Source of the DNA: Euryarchaeota archaeon SCGC AAA252-I15
Lineage (GTDB): Archaea; Altiarchaeota; Altiarchaeia; IMC4; SCGC-AAA252-I15
Assembly: GCA_000402775.1 (NCBI GenBank)
Contig: AQSC01000061.1
Location: 6,496-70,495 of the forward strand
Length of the DNA stretch: 64,000 nt
Direction of reading: 5' to 3'
Position numbers and translations under genes: made by a program
Part shown: piece by piece, positions 1 through 9,285 of the stretch
Layout: each line of letters begins with the position of its first letter
Position numbering within the stretch: the first letter of the stretch is position 1
Notes under the pieces: generated by a model
What the model saw: only the letters and a program-made list of their open reading frames with translations
The model's database searches: none
What the model was told of the DNA's origin: nothing

Positions 1-252
1 ATTGGGGGACATTCGGATGTTGGGGCGGTTATTTCTGCGACTAACAAGGGTTTCGTCGCACATCCGGATCTTGAAGGAGAGTTGGATGAGATTGAGCAAG
101 TGCTTAAGGTTAAGGGATTGTGTAGTACAGTGAATTTTGGATCCCCTTATGTTAAGGCGGGATTGATTGCGAATTCAAAGGGGTACATCGCAGGTCTTAG
201 AACCTCTGGAATCGAATTGGGGCGCGTTGACGACGCCTTCGGATTCATCTGA
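1..252 (+). CDS. eif6: Translation initiation factor 6 (aIF6/eIF6), C-terminal part; the gene begins upstream of the window
   Basis: Frame 1 translates to ...ISATNKGFVAHPDLEGELDEIEQVLKVKGLCSTVNFGSPYVKAGLIANSKGYIAGLRTSGIELGRVDDAFGFI*, which follows the repeated-subdomain pattern of aIF6 (ATNKG..HPD..E..VL.V.....GTVN.GS..V.AG..AN..G...G..TT..EL). Stop codon at 250-252. Confidence 0.65.
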   Translation: MGGHSDVGAVISATNKGFVAHPDLEGELDEIEQVLKVKGLCSTVNFGSPYVKAGLIANSKGYIAGLRTSGIELGRVDDAFGFI

Positions 253-1378
253 AATTTTCGATTATCTTTAAAAGAACCGGCTTTCTAATGTCTATTGCCT
301 TGTGAGGGCAGGTTTCATGACAACAATAGCATCTAATGCACTTTGAAAGATTCATGAATGCACGACCCTTAATTGTTATGGCGTTTACAGGGCAATTTGT
401 TTTACAGACTCCGCAGGCGACACAGTCACTGTTTGAGCGGGGGTAGGGTGTAAGCTGCCATTTCATAATCTTTTCGATTGAGTTGGGCATAAACCAGGGT
501 CGAGCAGCCTTCGCTGGGGGGGTGAAGTCGGATATGGAAAGGTCGTTGAGATTATCACCGATGATTTCAATGTCTCCGAGTTTTCCGGATGTTTTGCCCA
601 TTTTTACTGCGGCTTTTATTGTTTGAACTTCAAGGGGGTTGAACCCAACCAGTGAGGATGCGACCACGTCAACTGCAATATGGTCTTCGCCGGAAATGAT
701 TGCACCGATTTTCTTGGGGTTTCCTCCGGAAGGACCGTTTCCGTCCATGCCAACTACTGCATCCATGATGGAAAGCCGGGGTTGGACGAGTTGAAGCAGG
801 TCCAAGAGCATGGTCGAGAAATTGTCGACGTCAGTAAGCTTTGCATGGTATGCGGCTTTGGAAAGTCCCGGAACAATGCCGAAAAGGATTTTGGTTGCTC
901 CGGTCAAGTACGTGAGGGTGTGAGTCTTAAGTTTTGGTAGAGTAATCACTGCGTCAGCCCGCACAGCCTCGTCCATAACCTCGAAAGCCTTGATGAGTTT
1001 TCCGGATGGAAAGGGGACGATAGAGGATTTGGTGTTGTAAAGAAGTTTAGCGCCCGTCTCCCGTGCGACCTCAATCAAGCCAGCCTTTTCATAAGCTCTA
1101 TTAAGCATCCTCTGGTTTAAGGGTCCTCCAGGGCTGTCGAAAATAACAGGGTGGCCTCCAGCCTCCTTGACCAGTATTACGCAAGCCGCAACAATTGAGG
1201 GATGAGTAACAATCGCAGAGTCTGGAGTCGCCGGCCGAAGCAGATTAGGTTTTATGAGAACTCGCTCACCTTTTTCAACGAAAGATTCCATGCCGCCGAG
1301 AAGGTCTACGGATTGCCTAACTTTTTTCAAAACATCGTCATAAGACTTGCAGGATACTAGAGATACCTTTGATTTCAT
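245..1378 (-). CDS. DUF362-family protein with a C-terminal 2x[4Fe-4S] ferredoxin domain
   Basis: 377-aa ORF. The C-terminus carries CVACGVCKTNCP and CIRCYCCHETCP, two CxxCxxCxxxCP ferredoxin motifs. The N-terminal region has the DUF362-type architecture. Confidence 0.55.
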   Translation of the reverse strand: MKSKVSLVSCKSYDDVLKKVRQSVDLLGGMESFVEKGERVLIKPNLLRPATPDSAIVTHPSIVAACVILVKEAGGHPVIFDSPGGPLNQRMLNRAYEKAGLIEVARETGAKLLYNTKSSIVPFPSGKLIKAFEVMDEAVRADAVITLPKLKTHTLTYLTGATKILFGIVPGLSKAAYHAKLTDVDNFSTMLLDLLQLVQPRLSIMDAVVGMDGNGPSGGNPKKIGAIISGEDHIAVDVVASSLVGFNPLEVQTIKAAVKMGKTSGKLGDIEIIGDNLNDLSISDFTPPAKAARPWFMPNSIEKIMKWQLTPYPRSNSDCVACGVCKTNCPVNAITIKGRAFMNLSKCIRCYCCHETCPHKAIDIRKPVLLKIIENFR

Positions 1379-1579
1379 CGTTTTATTGAATAAGAGTAAA
1401 ATAGTTTAAAAAGAATGTTGGGTGAAATCTTATCACCTTGTTCCGGAAGGTGTTAAGGGTGTTTCAATATCGCTGGTAATATCAAAGCTTATGGGAGTGT
1501 TAGGAATATACCTTGCCGCAAAGCTATCAATTAAAATCATCTTAAGGGTTATCCGAAGGTTGATGAAGCAGTCTCAACT

Positions 1580-2206
1580 GTGGATCTTTCTGAACACAGT
1601 TACAAGGTTTCAGCGAACATTATTTCGTTTGGAATATACTTTCTCGCGGTTCTGGCAGTATTCTGGTTGTTTGGACTGCTTCCAGCATTATACACTCTTT
1701 TAACGGCTGCTGGATTTGTGGGTATTGTAATCGGATTCGGGCTTAAGGATGTTTTGTCGAATTTCGTTTCTGGAATCATCATTGCCTTAGACAGGCCATT
1801 TAGAATCGGTGATGAAATAGAGGTTAAAGAATTCGGGGGGGTAGTTGAAGACGTAAATATCAGAATGACCACAATACGAGTTTGGGACGGAAGGTTAGTC
1901 TACATGCCCAATTCGATGATGCTGAACACTCCCGTAATAAATTTGAATAGGAGCGGGAAAAGACAGGTTACTGTTGAAGTAAAGTTTGATCCCGCGGTTG
2001 ATTTGGGAAGTGTTTTGGAAGAGATAAAAAAAGTTTATGAAAAACAAAAAATCATTTTAATTGATCCTGCGCCAACAATCGTAGTAGACTCGATAACTAC
2101 GAAAGAGGTGGTCATTAGGCTTAAGTTTTGGTTTGATGTCAAAGAGACAGACTACCTCACCGTTAAATCAAAGGTTATGAAGCAGGTGGGCAAAATCATT
2201 CCATAA
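1580..2206 (+). CDS. Small-conductance mechanosensitive channel (MscS family), probably N-terminally interrupted by a frameshift
   Basis: IALDRPFRIGDEIEVKEFGGVVEDVNIRMTTIRVWDGRLVYMPNS matches the MscS beta-domain, preceded by a single TM (TM3-like). ORF 1422..1703 in another frame encodes MscS-like TM1/2 (LVISKLMGVLGIYLAAKLSIKIILRVIRRLMK). The track start is a GTG. Confidence 0.6.
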   Translation: MDLSEHSYKVSANIISFGIYFLAVLAVFWLFGLLPALYTLLTAAGFVGIVIGFGLKDVLSNFVSGIIIALDRPFRIGDEIEVKEFGGVVEDVNIRMTTIRVWDGRLVYMPNSMMLNTPVINLNRSGKRQVTVEVKFDPAVDLGSVLEEIKKVYEKQKIILIDPAPTIVVDSITTKEVVIRLKFWFDVKETDYLTVKSKVMKQVGKIIP

Positions 2207-2729
2207 GACTTTTCAACCGGGCAACTCCCCCAAACTTTTCAATGATTTTTACAGACTCGGAAGGAACGAGCTCCCTCCAAGAACCCTCCTGGGCCATAAG
2301 ATTTCTGATCCTGGTCCCGGAATAAACTTTTCTTTTAAAGTATGGGATCTCCACAACAGTGTAACCGGCTTCGGAAAACAATCGTTTCTCTATGGGACTA
2401 CTTGTATAGACGACATCAAACGAGGGGACGGAAGACAAAACATGTTCAACCCACTTCGGCTCATTGTGAATGTCGGAAACGGGAGCGATCACAATTTTAT
2501 CGAGGGAGGAACTAAAAACCATCTCAATCATTTCCTTTCGCTCATCCACAGTGAAAGGATTATCTAGCGTGTTATTGTATTGGGCGCTTCCAATGCCGAG
2601 TATGAGTTTATCGACTTCACTCAGAATGTGTTCTATCGCGCTTTTATGACCTAAATGGAGGGGTTGAAATCTCCCGATAAATAACGCAGTCACCATGTCA
2701 ATTTTTTTTAGATAGGTTATTGTGATCAA
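2196..2729 (-). CDS. nadM: Nicotinamide-nucleotide adenylyltransferase (archaeal NMNAT)
   Basis: ALFIGRFQPLHLGHKSAIEHIL is the (H/T)xGH nucleotidyltransferase motif in the archaeal NMNAT arrangement (GRFQPxHxGH). 177 aa. Confidence 0.8.
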   Translation of the reverse strand: MITITYLKKIDMVTALFIGRFQPLHLGHKSAIEHILSEVDKLILGIGSAQYNNTLDNPFTVDERKEMIEMVFSSSLDKIVIAPVSDIHNEPKWVEHVLSSVPSFDVVYTSSPIEKRLFSEAGYTVVEIPYFKRKVYSGTRIRNLMAQEGSWRELVPSESVKIIEKFGGVARLKSLME

Positions 2730-3090
2730 TGAAAGCTAGAATAACAAGGAGTATGGGTTGAAGGAACTGTTCGAACACAATAAGTAATATTTTAAGTTCT
2801 GGAACTTCAAGGTAGAATAAAATCCCGGTAAACCCTAGCAGAAGCATTCTAACGCAACCCAAAACGAGAGCGAGAATGGGACCCCAAAGGCGTCTTTTAA
2901 TAACGCCGTAAAGCGACACGATATAGAGTACTGTGAATAAGGGCGCGAAAATTAGCTCCGTCTTGTCACACTCCGCACCCATAGTGCAGTTTACGTATGC
3001 AGTATAAGAAAACCATGTGTGGAGGATAACGAAGAATAATAATACAACAGCTAGTAGTGCTTCGATTTTAAAGTTTAATTTGCTCATCAT
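2698..3090 (-). CDS. Hypothetical small integral membrane protein
   Basis: 130-aa ORF with about 4 hydrophobic helices. It overlaps the NMNAT start by ~30 nt. No recognisable motifs. Confidence 0.35.
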   Translation of the reverse strand: MMSKLNFKIEALLAVVLLFFVILHTWFSYTAYVNCTMGAECDKTELIFAPLFTVLYIVSLYGVIKRRLWGPILALVLGCVRMLLLGFTGILFYLEVPELKILLIVFEQFLQPILLVILAFIDHNNLSKKN

Positions 3091-3132
3091 GATTTTTCAA
3101 TTAATTTATTCGTAGAGTTATTTATAGATACC

Positions 3133-4671
3133 ATGCCAGACGATGTTGGACAAGTGATAGGCACGACGACTCTTCGACTCTTCCGTTTCGTCATAAAGGA
3201 GGGAAAAGAAAACTTTGTGAAAAGGGACGAGTTCGTCATAGTCCCCGAAGCTGTGACCGGGAGGGATGTTTTGGGGGTTGTAAAAGAGATCATGATTTCG
3301 AACGAACTACTTCCAGACGAGTTCGGCCGAGACCTTCGGTTAACTGACATGGTCTTATCTGAAGGGGAATACCCTATTGCAACTGTCAAGGTTTTAGGCT
3401 ATGAGGCTGAAGATGGGTTGGAGACTCCAAGGCATGGGGTTTATCCGGGAGCGAAAGTTTCTCTTGCACCTGACGAGTTGATTAAGCGCCTTCTACAGCA
3501 GGATCTTTCAAAGGCTGCGCACATTGGAAGTTTATCTACAAGGGATAGTATTCCCGTTCACATTTCGATTAATGAGCTTATTTCACGGCATTGTGCGGTT
3601 TTGGCTATGACTGGTGCGGGAAAAAGTTATACTGTCGGGGTTTTGATTGAGGAGCTTTTGGAAAAGAAGGGTTCGGTTATTGTTTTTGACCCCCACGGAG
3701 AGTATAAGGAGCTTAAGATGCCCGGATCTGAAACTAAGGTTTTCGGGGTTGACGGGGACTTAAAGATTAGGGTTGAGGTTTCAACGCTTACTTCAAGTGA
3801 TTACGCAAATCTTATTCCTGACATAACTGCGACTCAGCGGGATCTTTTAGACGAGATCGTAAGCATTGCATCGCGATTCTACGACAAGTATGACCTGAAA
3901 AATGTTTTAGATTTGTTGTCTGTGGTATATGACATGAAAAACACGGGAAACAGTCAGAATGGTGCGGCAGAAGTATTCCCGCCGGAAATCATAAAATCGG
4001 TGACAAAAAAGGTTAGTCTCTCAACTATCGGAGCGCTCATGCGAAGGCTTAGAAGGCTTGAGAGGATGGGAGTATTCAATGTTGACGGCACCTCACTGGA
4101 CGTGATTGTCGCTCCCAACCAGCTTAGCGTGATAAACTTGTCTGAAGCAGACGAGAGGATTTCGGAAACCATTATTGCAGCCACAACAAGAAACATCTTC
4201 GACGCGAGGAAAAGGTTCGTAAAAGATGAGGGTGATGGACCGCGACTTGAAATCCCGACATTCATCGTGATTGAGGAAGCGCACAACTTCGCACCGCGAA
4301 GCATGGACGAGCGACTCATACTCTCCCGCTCGATTCTTAGAAAGATCGCTAGGGAGGGTAGGAAATTCGGCGTCGGTCTTTGCATGGTAAGCCAGCGGCC
4401 GGGAAAGCTTGATAGTGATGTTTTAAGTCAGTGTAATACTCAGATTATTATGAAAATTATGAATCCGTCAGATCAGGAGTATATCCGGCAGTCTGTTGAG
4501 ACTGTGACGGAGGATATCGTGCGCGACCTTCCCAGCCTGTCTCGCGGGGAGGCTATTGTCGTGGGGTCGGCGATTAACTTGCCTGTCGCAACCAAGATTA
4601 GGGAGCGAAAGACCAAGGTTGGAGGCGGCGACATAGATTTTGTGGAGATTTGGCGTGAGAAAAGCAAATGA
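3133..4671 (+). CDS. herA: HerA-like (DUF87) FtsK/HerA-superfamily ATPase
   Basis: N-terminal HAS-barrel-like segment (VIGTTTLRLFRFVIKEG..FVIVPE..VLGVVKEI). Walker A is AMTGAGKSY and Walker B is FIVIEEAHNF. 512 aa. No NurA partner gene is adjacent. Confidence 0.7.
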   Translation: MPDDVGQVIGTTTLRLFRFVIKEGKENFVKRDEFVIVPEAVTGRDVLGVVKEIMISNELLPDEFGRDLRLTDMVLSEGEYPIATVKVLGYEAEDGLETPRHGVYPGAKVSLAPDELIKRLLQQDLSKAAHIGSLSTRDSIPVHISINELISRHCAVLAMTGAGKSYTVGVLIEELLEKKGSVIVFDPHGEYKELKMPGSETKVFGVDGDLKIRVEVSTLTSSDYANLIPDITATQRDLLDEIVSIASRFYDKYDLKNVLDLLSVVYDMKNTGNSQNGAAEVFPPEIIKSVTKKVSLSTIGALMRRLRRLERMGVFNVDGTSLDVIVAPNQLSVINLSEADERISETIIAATTRNIFDARKRFVKDEGDGPRLEIPTFIVIEEAHNFAPRSMDERLILSRSILRKIAREGRKFGVGLCMVSQRPGKLDSDVLSQCNTQIIMKIMNPSDQEYIRQSVETVTEDIVRDLPSLSRGEAIVVGSAINLPVATKIRERKTKVGGGDIDFVEIWREKSK

Positions 4672-5753
4672 AAAAAGAGATTGAGGGTTTGAGAAAGCGG
4701 ATAGATGAGATTGATGATTCAATCCTAAGTCTTTTAGAGGAGAGATTGAGTATTGTTCGAAAGGTTGGTAAGTTTAAGGCTGAAAAAGACGTTGCAATGT
4801 ATGATCCACTCCGAGAACAAGACATCCTGAAAAGGCTTACATCAGCCACAAGCCTTGACCAGTCTTTTGTGATGCGCGTATTCCGCGAGATCATATCATT
4901 TTGCAGGGGAGACGAGCAGAGGATTGAGAGGAAGGATGTTGGGGGTGGAAAAACTGCGAGGAAGACAAGCTCGAGTGTCGCAGTGTTAGGACCTGCAGGG
5001 ACTTTCACAGAGAATGCTGCAAAAAAAATCTTCGGGGATGCGAAAGTCACTTACTGTGAAAACGTCGAAGACATCTTCAAGCTCGTTGAGGACGGGCAAG
5101 TTGAGCAGGGTGTAGTCGCCATGGAAAACTCTCTTGAAGGAAGTGTGGGAAAGACTATGGAAGCTTTGATGGAATACAATACGAGCATTGTAGGAGAGCT
5201 TACACTCGACATAAACTTGTGTTTGATGACTCGGAAAGGCACAGATAAAATCGATTTGATTTTATCCCACCCTCACGCGCTCGCACAGTGTGCAGGATAC
5301 TTGAAGGAGAATTACCCTAAAGCCAGGCAGGTTAGTGCTAAAAGCACAGCACAGGCTATGAAGGATTTAAGCTCGTATGAGAATGCTGCGGCAATAGGAT
5401 TTAAGGAGGGGGCGAAAACCTATGGTTTGAATATTGTCGCTGAAAACATTCAAGACGACTTCAGCCAGACCCGATTCATCGTGATTTCGAAAGAAAAAGT
5501 CTTCGGAGGTAAGACTTCGCTCATTTTCGCCGTGAAAGACGAGCCGGGAGCGCTCTACAGTATTTTGAAGACTTTCGCGGATAAGGGGATTAATCTCACC
5601 AAGATTGAGAGCAGGCCTAGCAAGAGGAAGCTGGGTGAATACTTGTTTTTCCTGGACTTTGAGAACGTCGAATTAACTGAAAAAGAGATTGGAAGGGTTG
5701 TGGAGTCGGTGAAGCCTAAGACCACTTTCCTCAAAATCCTTGGAAGCTACTGA
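4668..5753 (+). CDS. pheA: Bifunctional chorismate mutase / prephenate dehydratase
   Basis: N-terminal AroQ chorismate mutase helix (LRKRIDEIDDSILSLLEERLSIVRKVGKFK). Central PDT domain (VAVLGPAGTFTE ... ESRP). C-terminal ACT domain. The start overlaps the herA stop (ATGA). Confidence 0.85.
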   Translation: MKKEIEGLRKRIDEIDDSILSLLEERLSIVRKVGKFKAEKDVAMYDPLREQDILKRLTSATSLDQSFVMRVFREIISFCRGDEQRIERKDVGGGKTARKTSSSVAVLGPAGTFTENAAKKIFGDAKVTYCENVEDIFKLVEDGQVEQGVVAMENSLEGSVGKTMEALMEYNTSIVGELTLDINLCLMTRKGTDKIDLILSHPHALAQCAGYLKENYPKARQVSAKSTAQAMKDLSSYENAAAIGFKEGAKTYGLNIVAENIQDDFSQTRFIVISKEKVFGGKTSLIFAVKDEPGALYSILKTFADKGINLTKIESRPSKRKLGEYLFFLDFENVELTEKEIGRVVESVKPKTTFLKILGSY

Positions 5754-5787
5754 ATTTAAAGTTTGAATTTCATATTAGTTAAGGAGT

Positions 5788-6159
5788 ATGGTTACGAAGA
5801 GGAAGCATCTGGCTTTTGAAAGGGAGATAGACAGGTACAATCGGACGCTTGACAGGTCAGGACTTGACGGGGAAACCGTCAAGGAGATTAAGGACCGGTT
5901 CGACAGGATGCACCTTGTTGTGATGCACGGGACTGATGAAGGAATAGTGGTTGAGGGAAAATACGTCCAGGATACGGAATCTGTAGAGGATACTGAGGCC
6001 ATAAACGAGCGTTTAAGCTTTCTGTGGGGAGATAGCGCAGTATTCAAATTAAAGGCGGCAGACGAGAAACCCAAGGAAATGTTCAGAGACACAGTAGCCT
6101 CCCTGAAAAACAAAAACGCATTAGTAGACGCCCTAGCCAGACAATTGAGATTAGAGTAA
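5788..6159 (+). CDS. Hypothetical protein (123 aa, charged)
   Basis: ORF with coding-like composition in a tight intergenic context. No recognisable motif. Confidence 0.4.
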   Translation: MVTKRKHLAFEREIDRYNRTLDRSGLDGETVKEIKDRFDRMHLVVMHGTDEGIVVEGKYVQDTESVEDTEAINERLSFLWGDSAVFKLKAADEKPKEMFRDTVASLKNKNALVDALARQLRLE

Positions 6160-6783
6160 TCCCAATACCCTTTCGACGTTTTTGTAGTCGTGGTCGTAGA
6201 CGTGGGCGCTAATCGACTGGGTTGTGATGGAGCCTGCTTTCGCCTTGATTTTTTTTGCGACAAACTCGTTAACGTGGTTTAAGCCGTATGCGTTGGCAGG
6301 CCACGCCCCGAACATGTCATTGGAACGGAAGACTGCGGAAGCGTCAAGCACGCCACCGCGGACCTTGAAATCAAGAAGGATGAGACACGGCACTTCAGAG
6401 GACTCCAAGTCTCTGGGCGGAATCCAAGTCGAACAAGTGGCGCGGCGTGTTGAAGCGTCCTTTTTCAAAATTTTAATGACCTCGCTAATCTGGTCGACAG
6501 GTTTTTCGATTACATCCTCACCCCACGAGCGAAGCCGCTCGCCATAAGTGTAGTCGAAGCCCGCGCGATCTGGGGAAAGGAGTTGGTCAGCGTATTTTTT
6601 AAGTTCCTCAACACCCATTGGAAACCCCGGGATTTCCCCGTCCTTAGGCTCTGCGACCCGCACAAGGAGGTTTCTAACCTCACGGGTTGCGCCGCGCTGA
6701 CTCTTAAACTCGCAACCACTATACCAGATTACCTCAAGAATCCTCCGCCACCCATCCGAAATAGTCTTAGCTCTCACAAACAT
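6151..6783 (-). CDS. thyA: Thymidylate synthase, short archaeal ThyA type
   Basis: The segment ISEVIKILKKDASTRRATCSTWIPPRDLESSEVPCLILLDFKV...RSNDMFGAWPANAYGLNHV...SAHVYDHD aligns motif-for-motif with ThyA (DSRR..SAWN....PCH.FFQF...RS.D.FLG.PFNIASY...THLY), including the catalytic Cys. Confidence 0.65.
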   Translation of the reverse strand: MFVRAKTISDGWRRILEVIWYSGCEFKSQRGATREVRNLLVRVAEPKDGEIPGFPMGVEELKKYADQLLSPDRAGFDYTYGERLRSWGEDVIEKPVDQISEVIKILKKDASTRRATCSTWIPPRDLESSEVPCLILLDFKVRGGVLDASAVFRSNDMFGAWPANAYGLNHVNEFVAKKIKAKAGSITTQSISAHVYDHDYKNVERVLGLL

Positions 6784-6794
6784 GGATATAATAT

Positions 6795-9059
6795 TTGATT
6801 GAAGTTTATAATCTATACACCATGAGCATCAAGCATCCGCTAATAAAGCCCGGGAAAGTTACTTTGAGAGCGTATCAGGAGGCTTTGATAGCCCGATCAG
6901 TCGAAAAAAACACTTTAGTAGTGCTGCCGACGGGATTGGGAAAGACCATGGTCGCGGTCATAATAGCCGTCCAAAGGTTGAGTGAGCATCCGGGTTCCAA
7001 GATTCTTTTTCTAGCACCCACCAGACCGCTCGTCGAGCAGCATAAAAAGACGTTTGATGATCTTACCAACATCACGGACTCGGTGATTTTGACTGGATTG
7101 ATTCCGGTAAAGAAAAGGGGGGAGTTTTGGAGTGAAAACACATTGATTTTCGCGACCCCGCAAACAATTGAAAACGACTTGTTGAGGGGACTGGATTTAA
7201 GTGATGTTTCACTTGTCGTATTCGATGAAGCCCACAAGGCTATGGGAGAGTATGCGTACGTGTATATTGCGGGAAAGTATGCGAAAGCGTCAAAACACCA
7301 GCTCATACTCGGTCTTACAGCGTCTCCTTCCGCTCAAAAGGAAAAGATCGATGAGATAGTTAAAAACCTGTACGTAGAGCGGATTGAGGCTAAGACCGAG
7401 CAGGATGGGGATGTGAAACCTTATGTTGCTGACGTGAAAGTCAAGTGGGTTCAAGTAGAGCTTCCCCAAGAGTTTAAGAAACTCAAGGTTAAAATCGAGG
7501 AGATTTTAAGGGATAGAGTTGGAAAACTCAAAACTTTTGAATACCTTAAAAGCGCGGACTTAAGAAAGGTTAATAAGAGAACACTTCTTGCCATTCAATC
7601 AGAAATTAGAAAGGAGATAACTCAGGGCAAGGACTCGTTTCAGCCTGCGTCCCTTGTTGCCGAAACCATAAAAGTTAACCACGCACTAGAGCTTCTTGAA
7701 ACGCAAGGACTATCCCCTTTAAACGAATATTTTGGGGGGCTTTCAAGCCAGAGGAGTAAGGCGGTAAAAAATCTTTTCGCTGACGCGAGGATGCGGGAAG
7801 TTGTGAAAATCGTACACGACCTGGTTGTGTTGGGGGTAGAGCATCCCAAGCTTGATGAGGTTGGAAGGATTGTAGCGGAATACAAGGATAGGAAGGTGTT
7901 GATTTTCAGCCAGTACCGGGATTCAGTGGAAAAGATTATTGAGCGGTTGAATGAGATGGATATTTTAGCACACGAGTTCATCGGCCAGGCTTCAAGAGGT
8001 GCGAAGTCGGGTATGAGCCAGAAAAAACAGGTTGAGGTACTGGATAAGTTCAGGAAAGGAGATTACACTGCCCTGGTTGCGACTTCAGTCGCTGAGGAGG
8101 GGCTTGACATACCGGCAGTAGACCTCGTCATATTTTACGAGCCAATACCCTCTGAAATACGCTCTATTCAAAGGCGGGGTAGGACTGGTCGCGGGCAGTC
8201 GGGGGAAGTCGTAGTTCTTATGGCCAAGGGTACGAGAGACGAAGGATACTTTTGGTCTTCGGTTCACAAGGAGAGGAAGATGGGGAAACTCGTTAAAAGC
8301 ATGAGGGATGAAGGCTTCATAGAAACGGAGAAGCAAGTAAACGTTAGGAAGGAGGATAAAATTTTTCCAGGGCAAAAAAGCCTTTTAGAGTACGGCGTCA
8401 CCTTTGGTGGTGGATTGAAAATCTATATCGACGGCCGGGAAAAAAGCAGGAAAATAATTGAATGGCTCTCCTCAAAAGCAACAATCGAAATTAGAAACCT
8501 TCCAGTCGGAGACTACCTAGTTTCGGATCGAGTCGCAATAGAGAGGAAGACGATAAACGATTTCCTCCAGTCCATGATAGATAAAAGGCTTTTATCACAG
8601 ATGAGGGAGCTTTCAAGAAACTTTGAGAATGTGATAATGATTTTGGAGGGTACGCAAAATCTTTACTCGCAAAGAAACATACATCCAAACGCAATTAGGG
8701 GGGCTCTCGCATCAATCATGATCGACTTCAAAGTGCCGATAATCTCAACCGAGGACGAACAGGATACTGCAGCCATAATTTACGCTCTCGCGAAGAGAGA
8801 GCAGGAGGCTGAAGGAAGGCTTGTGGCACTTCGGGGTGAGCGGAAACCATTAACCTTGTTTGAACGGCAAATATTTGTCGTGGAATCGCTTCCAAACGTT
8901 TCGGCTGTTTTGGCTAGAAGACTTCTCACCCACTTCGGAAGCATTGAAAATATTGTGAAGGCGGGTGAAAAAGAGCTTATCAAGGTTGAGGGGATTGGTG
9001 GCGCTAAGGCGTCTGAAATCAGGAAAGTTTTGAAAAGCAGGTTTCAAAAAAAAGTTTAG
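6795..9059 (+). CDS. hef: Hef (helicase-associated endonuclease for fork-structured DNA): SF2 helicase fused to an XPF/Mus81-type nuclease and HhH2
   Basis: N-terminal DEAD/DEAH helicase motifs (LPTGLGKT, DEAH: VFDEAHKA, helicase C with QRRGRTGR). C-terminal ERK nuclease motif GDYLVSDRVAIERKTINDFLQS. Tandem HhH at the end. 754 aa. Confidence 0.9.
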   Translation: MIEVYNLYTMSIKHPLIKPGKVTLRAYQEALIARSVEKNTLVVLPTGLGKTMVAVIIAVQRLSEHPGSKILFLAPTRPLVEQHKKTFDDLTNITDSVILTGLIPVKKRGEFWSENTLIFATPQTIENDLLRGLDLSDVSLVVFDEAHKAMGEYAYVYIAGKYAKASKHQLILGLTASPSAQKEKIDEIVKNLYVERIEAKTEQDGDVKPYVADVKVKWVQVELPQEFKKLKVKIEEILRDRVGKLKTFEYLKSADLRKVNKRTLLAIQSEIRKEITQGKDSFQPASLVAETIKVNHALELLETQGLSPLNEYFGGLSSQRSKAVKNLFADARMREVVKIVHDLVVLGVEHPKLDEVGRIVAEYKDRKVLIFSQYRDSVEKIIERLNEMDILAHEFIGQASRGAKSGMSQKKQVEVLDKFRKGDYTALVATSVAEEGLDIPAVDLVIFYEPIPSEIRSIQRRGRTGRGQSGEVVVLMAKGTRDEGYFWSSVHKERKMGKLVKSMRDEGFIETEKQVNVRKEDKIFPGQKSLLEYGVTFGGGLKIYIDGREKSRKIIEWLSSKATIEIRNLPVGDYLVSDRVAIERKTINDFLQSMIDKRLLSQMRELSRNFENVIMILEGTQNLYSQRNIHPNAIRGALASIMIDFKVPIISTEDEQDTAAIIYALAKREQEAEGRLVALRGERKPLTLFERQIFVVESLPNVSAVLARRLLTHFGSIENIVKAGEKELIKVEGIGGAKASEIRKVLKSRFQKKV

Positions 9060-9111
9060 TCCTTTAGGCCTTAAAGTCCCATTTTTTAAAATTCCTTCTA
9101 AATTAGTAATT

Positions 9112-9285
9112 ATGGAGGTTCTCAAATTCTATGTTTCTGAAGAGACCGCTGAGAAATTCAGGGAGAAGGCACTGAGGAAATACAAGTTCAAGAAGGGAGC
9201 CCTATCTAAAGCCGCTGAAATGGCGCTTTCCATGTGGATTAAAAAAAGGGAAGAGGAAGATCTGGGTGAATTATTAGATGAGTAA
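9112..9285 (+). CDS. Small ribbon-helix-helix (CopG/Arc-like) protein, 57 aa. It is not in the ORF track because it is under 60 aa
   Basis: ATG at 9112. Translation is MEVLKFYVSEETAEKFREKALRKYKFKKGALSKAAEMALSMWIKKREEEDLGELLDE*. The beta-strand then two helices pattern is typical of RHH proteins. It overlaps the start of the next gene. Confidence 0.4.
   Translation: MEVLKFYVSEETAEKFREKALRKYKFKKGALSKAAEMALSMWIKKREEEDLGELLDE

Noticed and set aside
680-940. Antisense/overlapping ORFs inside annotated genes (e.g. 680..940, 3954..4385, 6224..6547, 10474..11034 Ser-rich, 15093..15509, 62089..62640)
   Set aside because: They lie entirely within longer ORFs that have clear homology-type motifs on the opposite strand or in another frame. 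Their low-complexity composition is typical of shadow ORFs.
3087-3389. 100-aa minus-strand ORF overlapping the herA start
   Set aside because: It overlaps the strongly supported HerA N-terminal barrel region and is Ser/Thr-rich with no motif. It is likely spurious.
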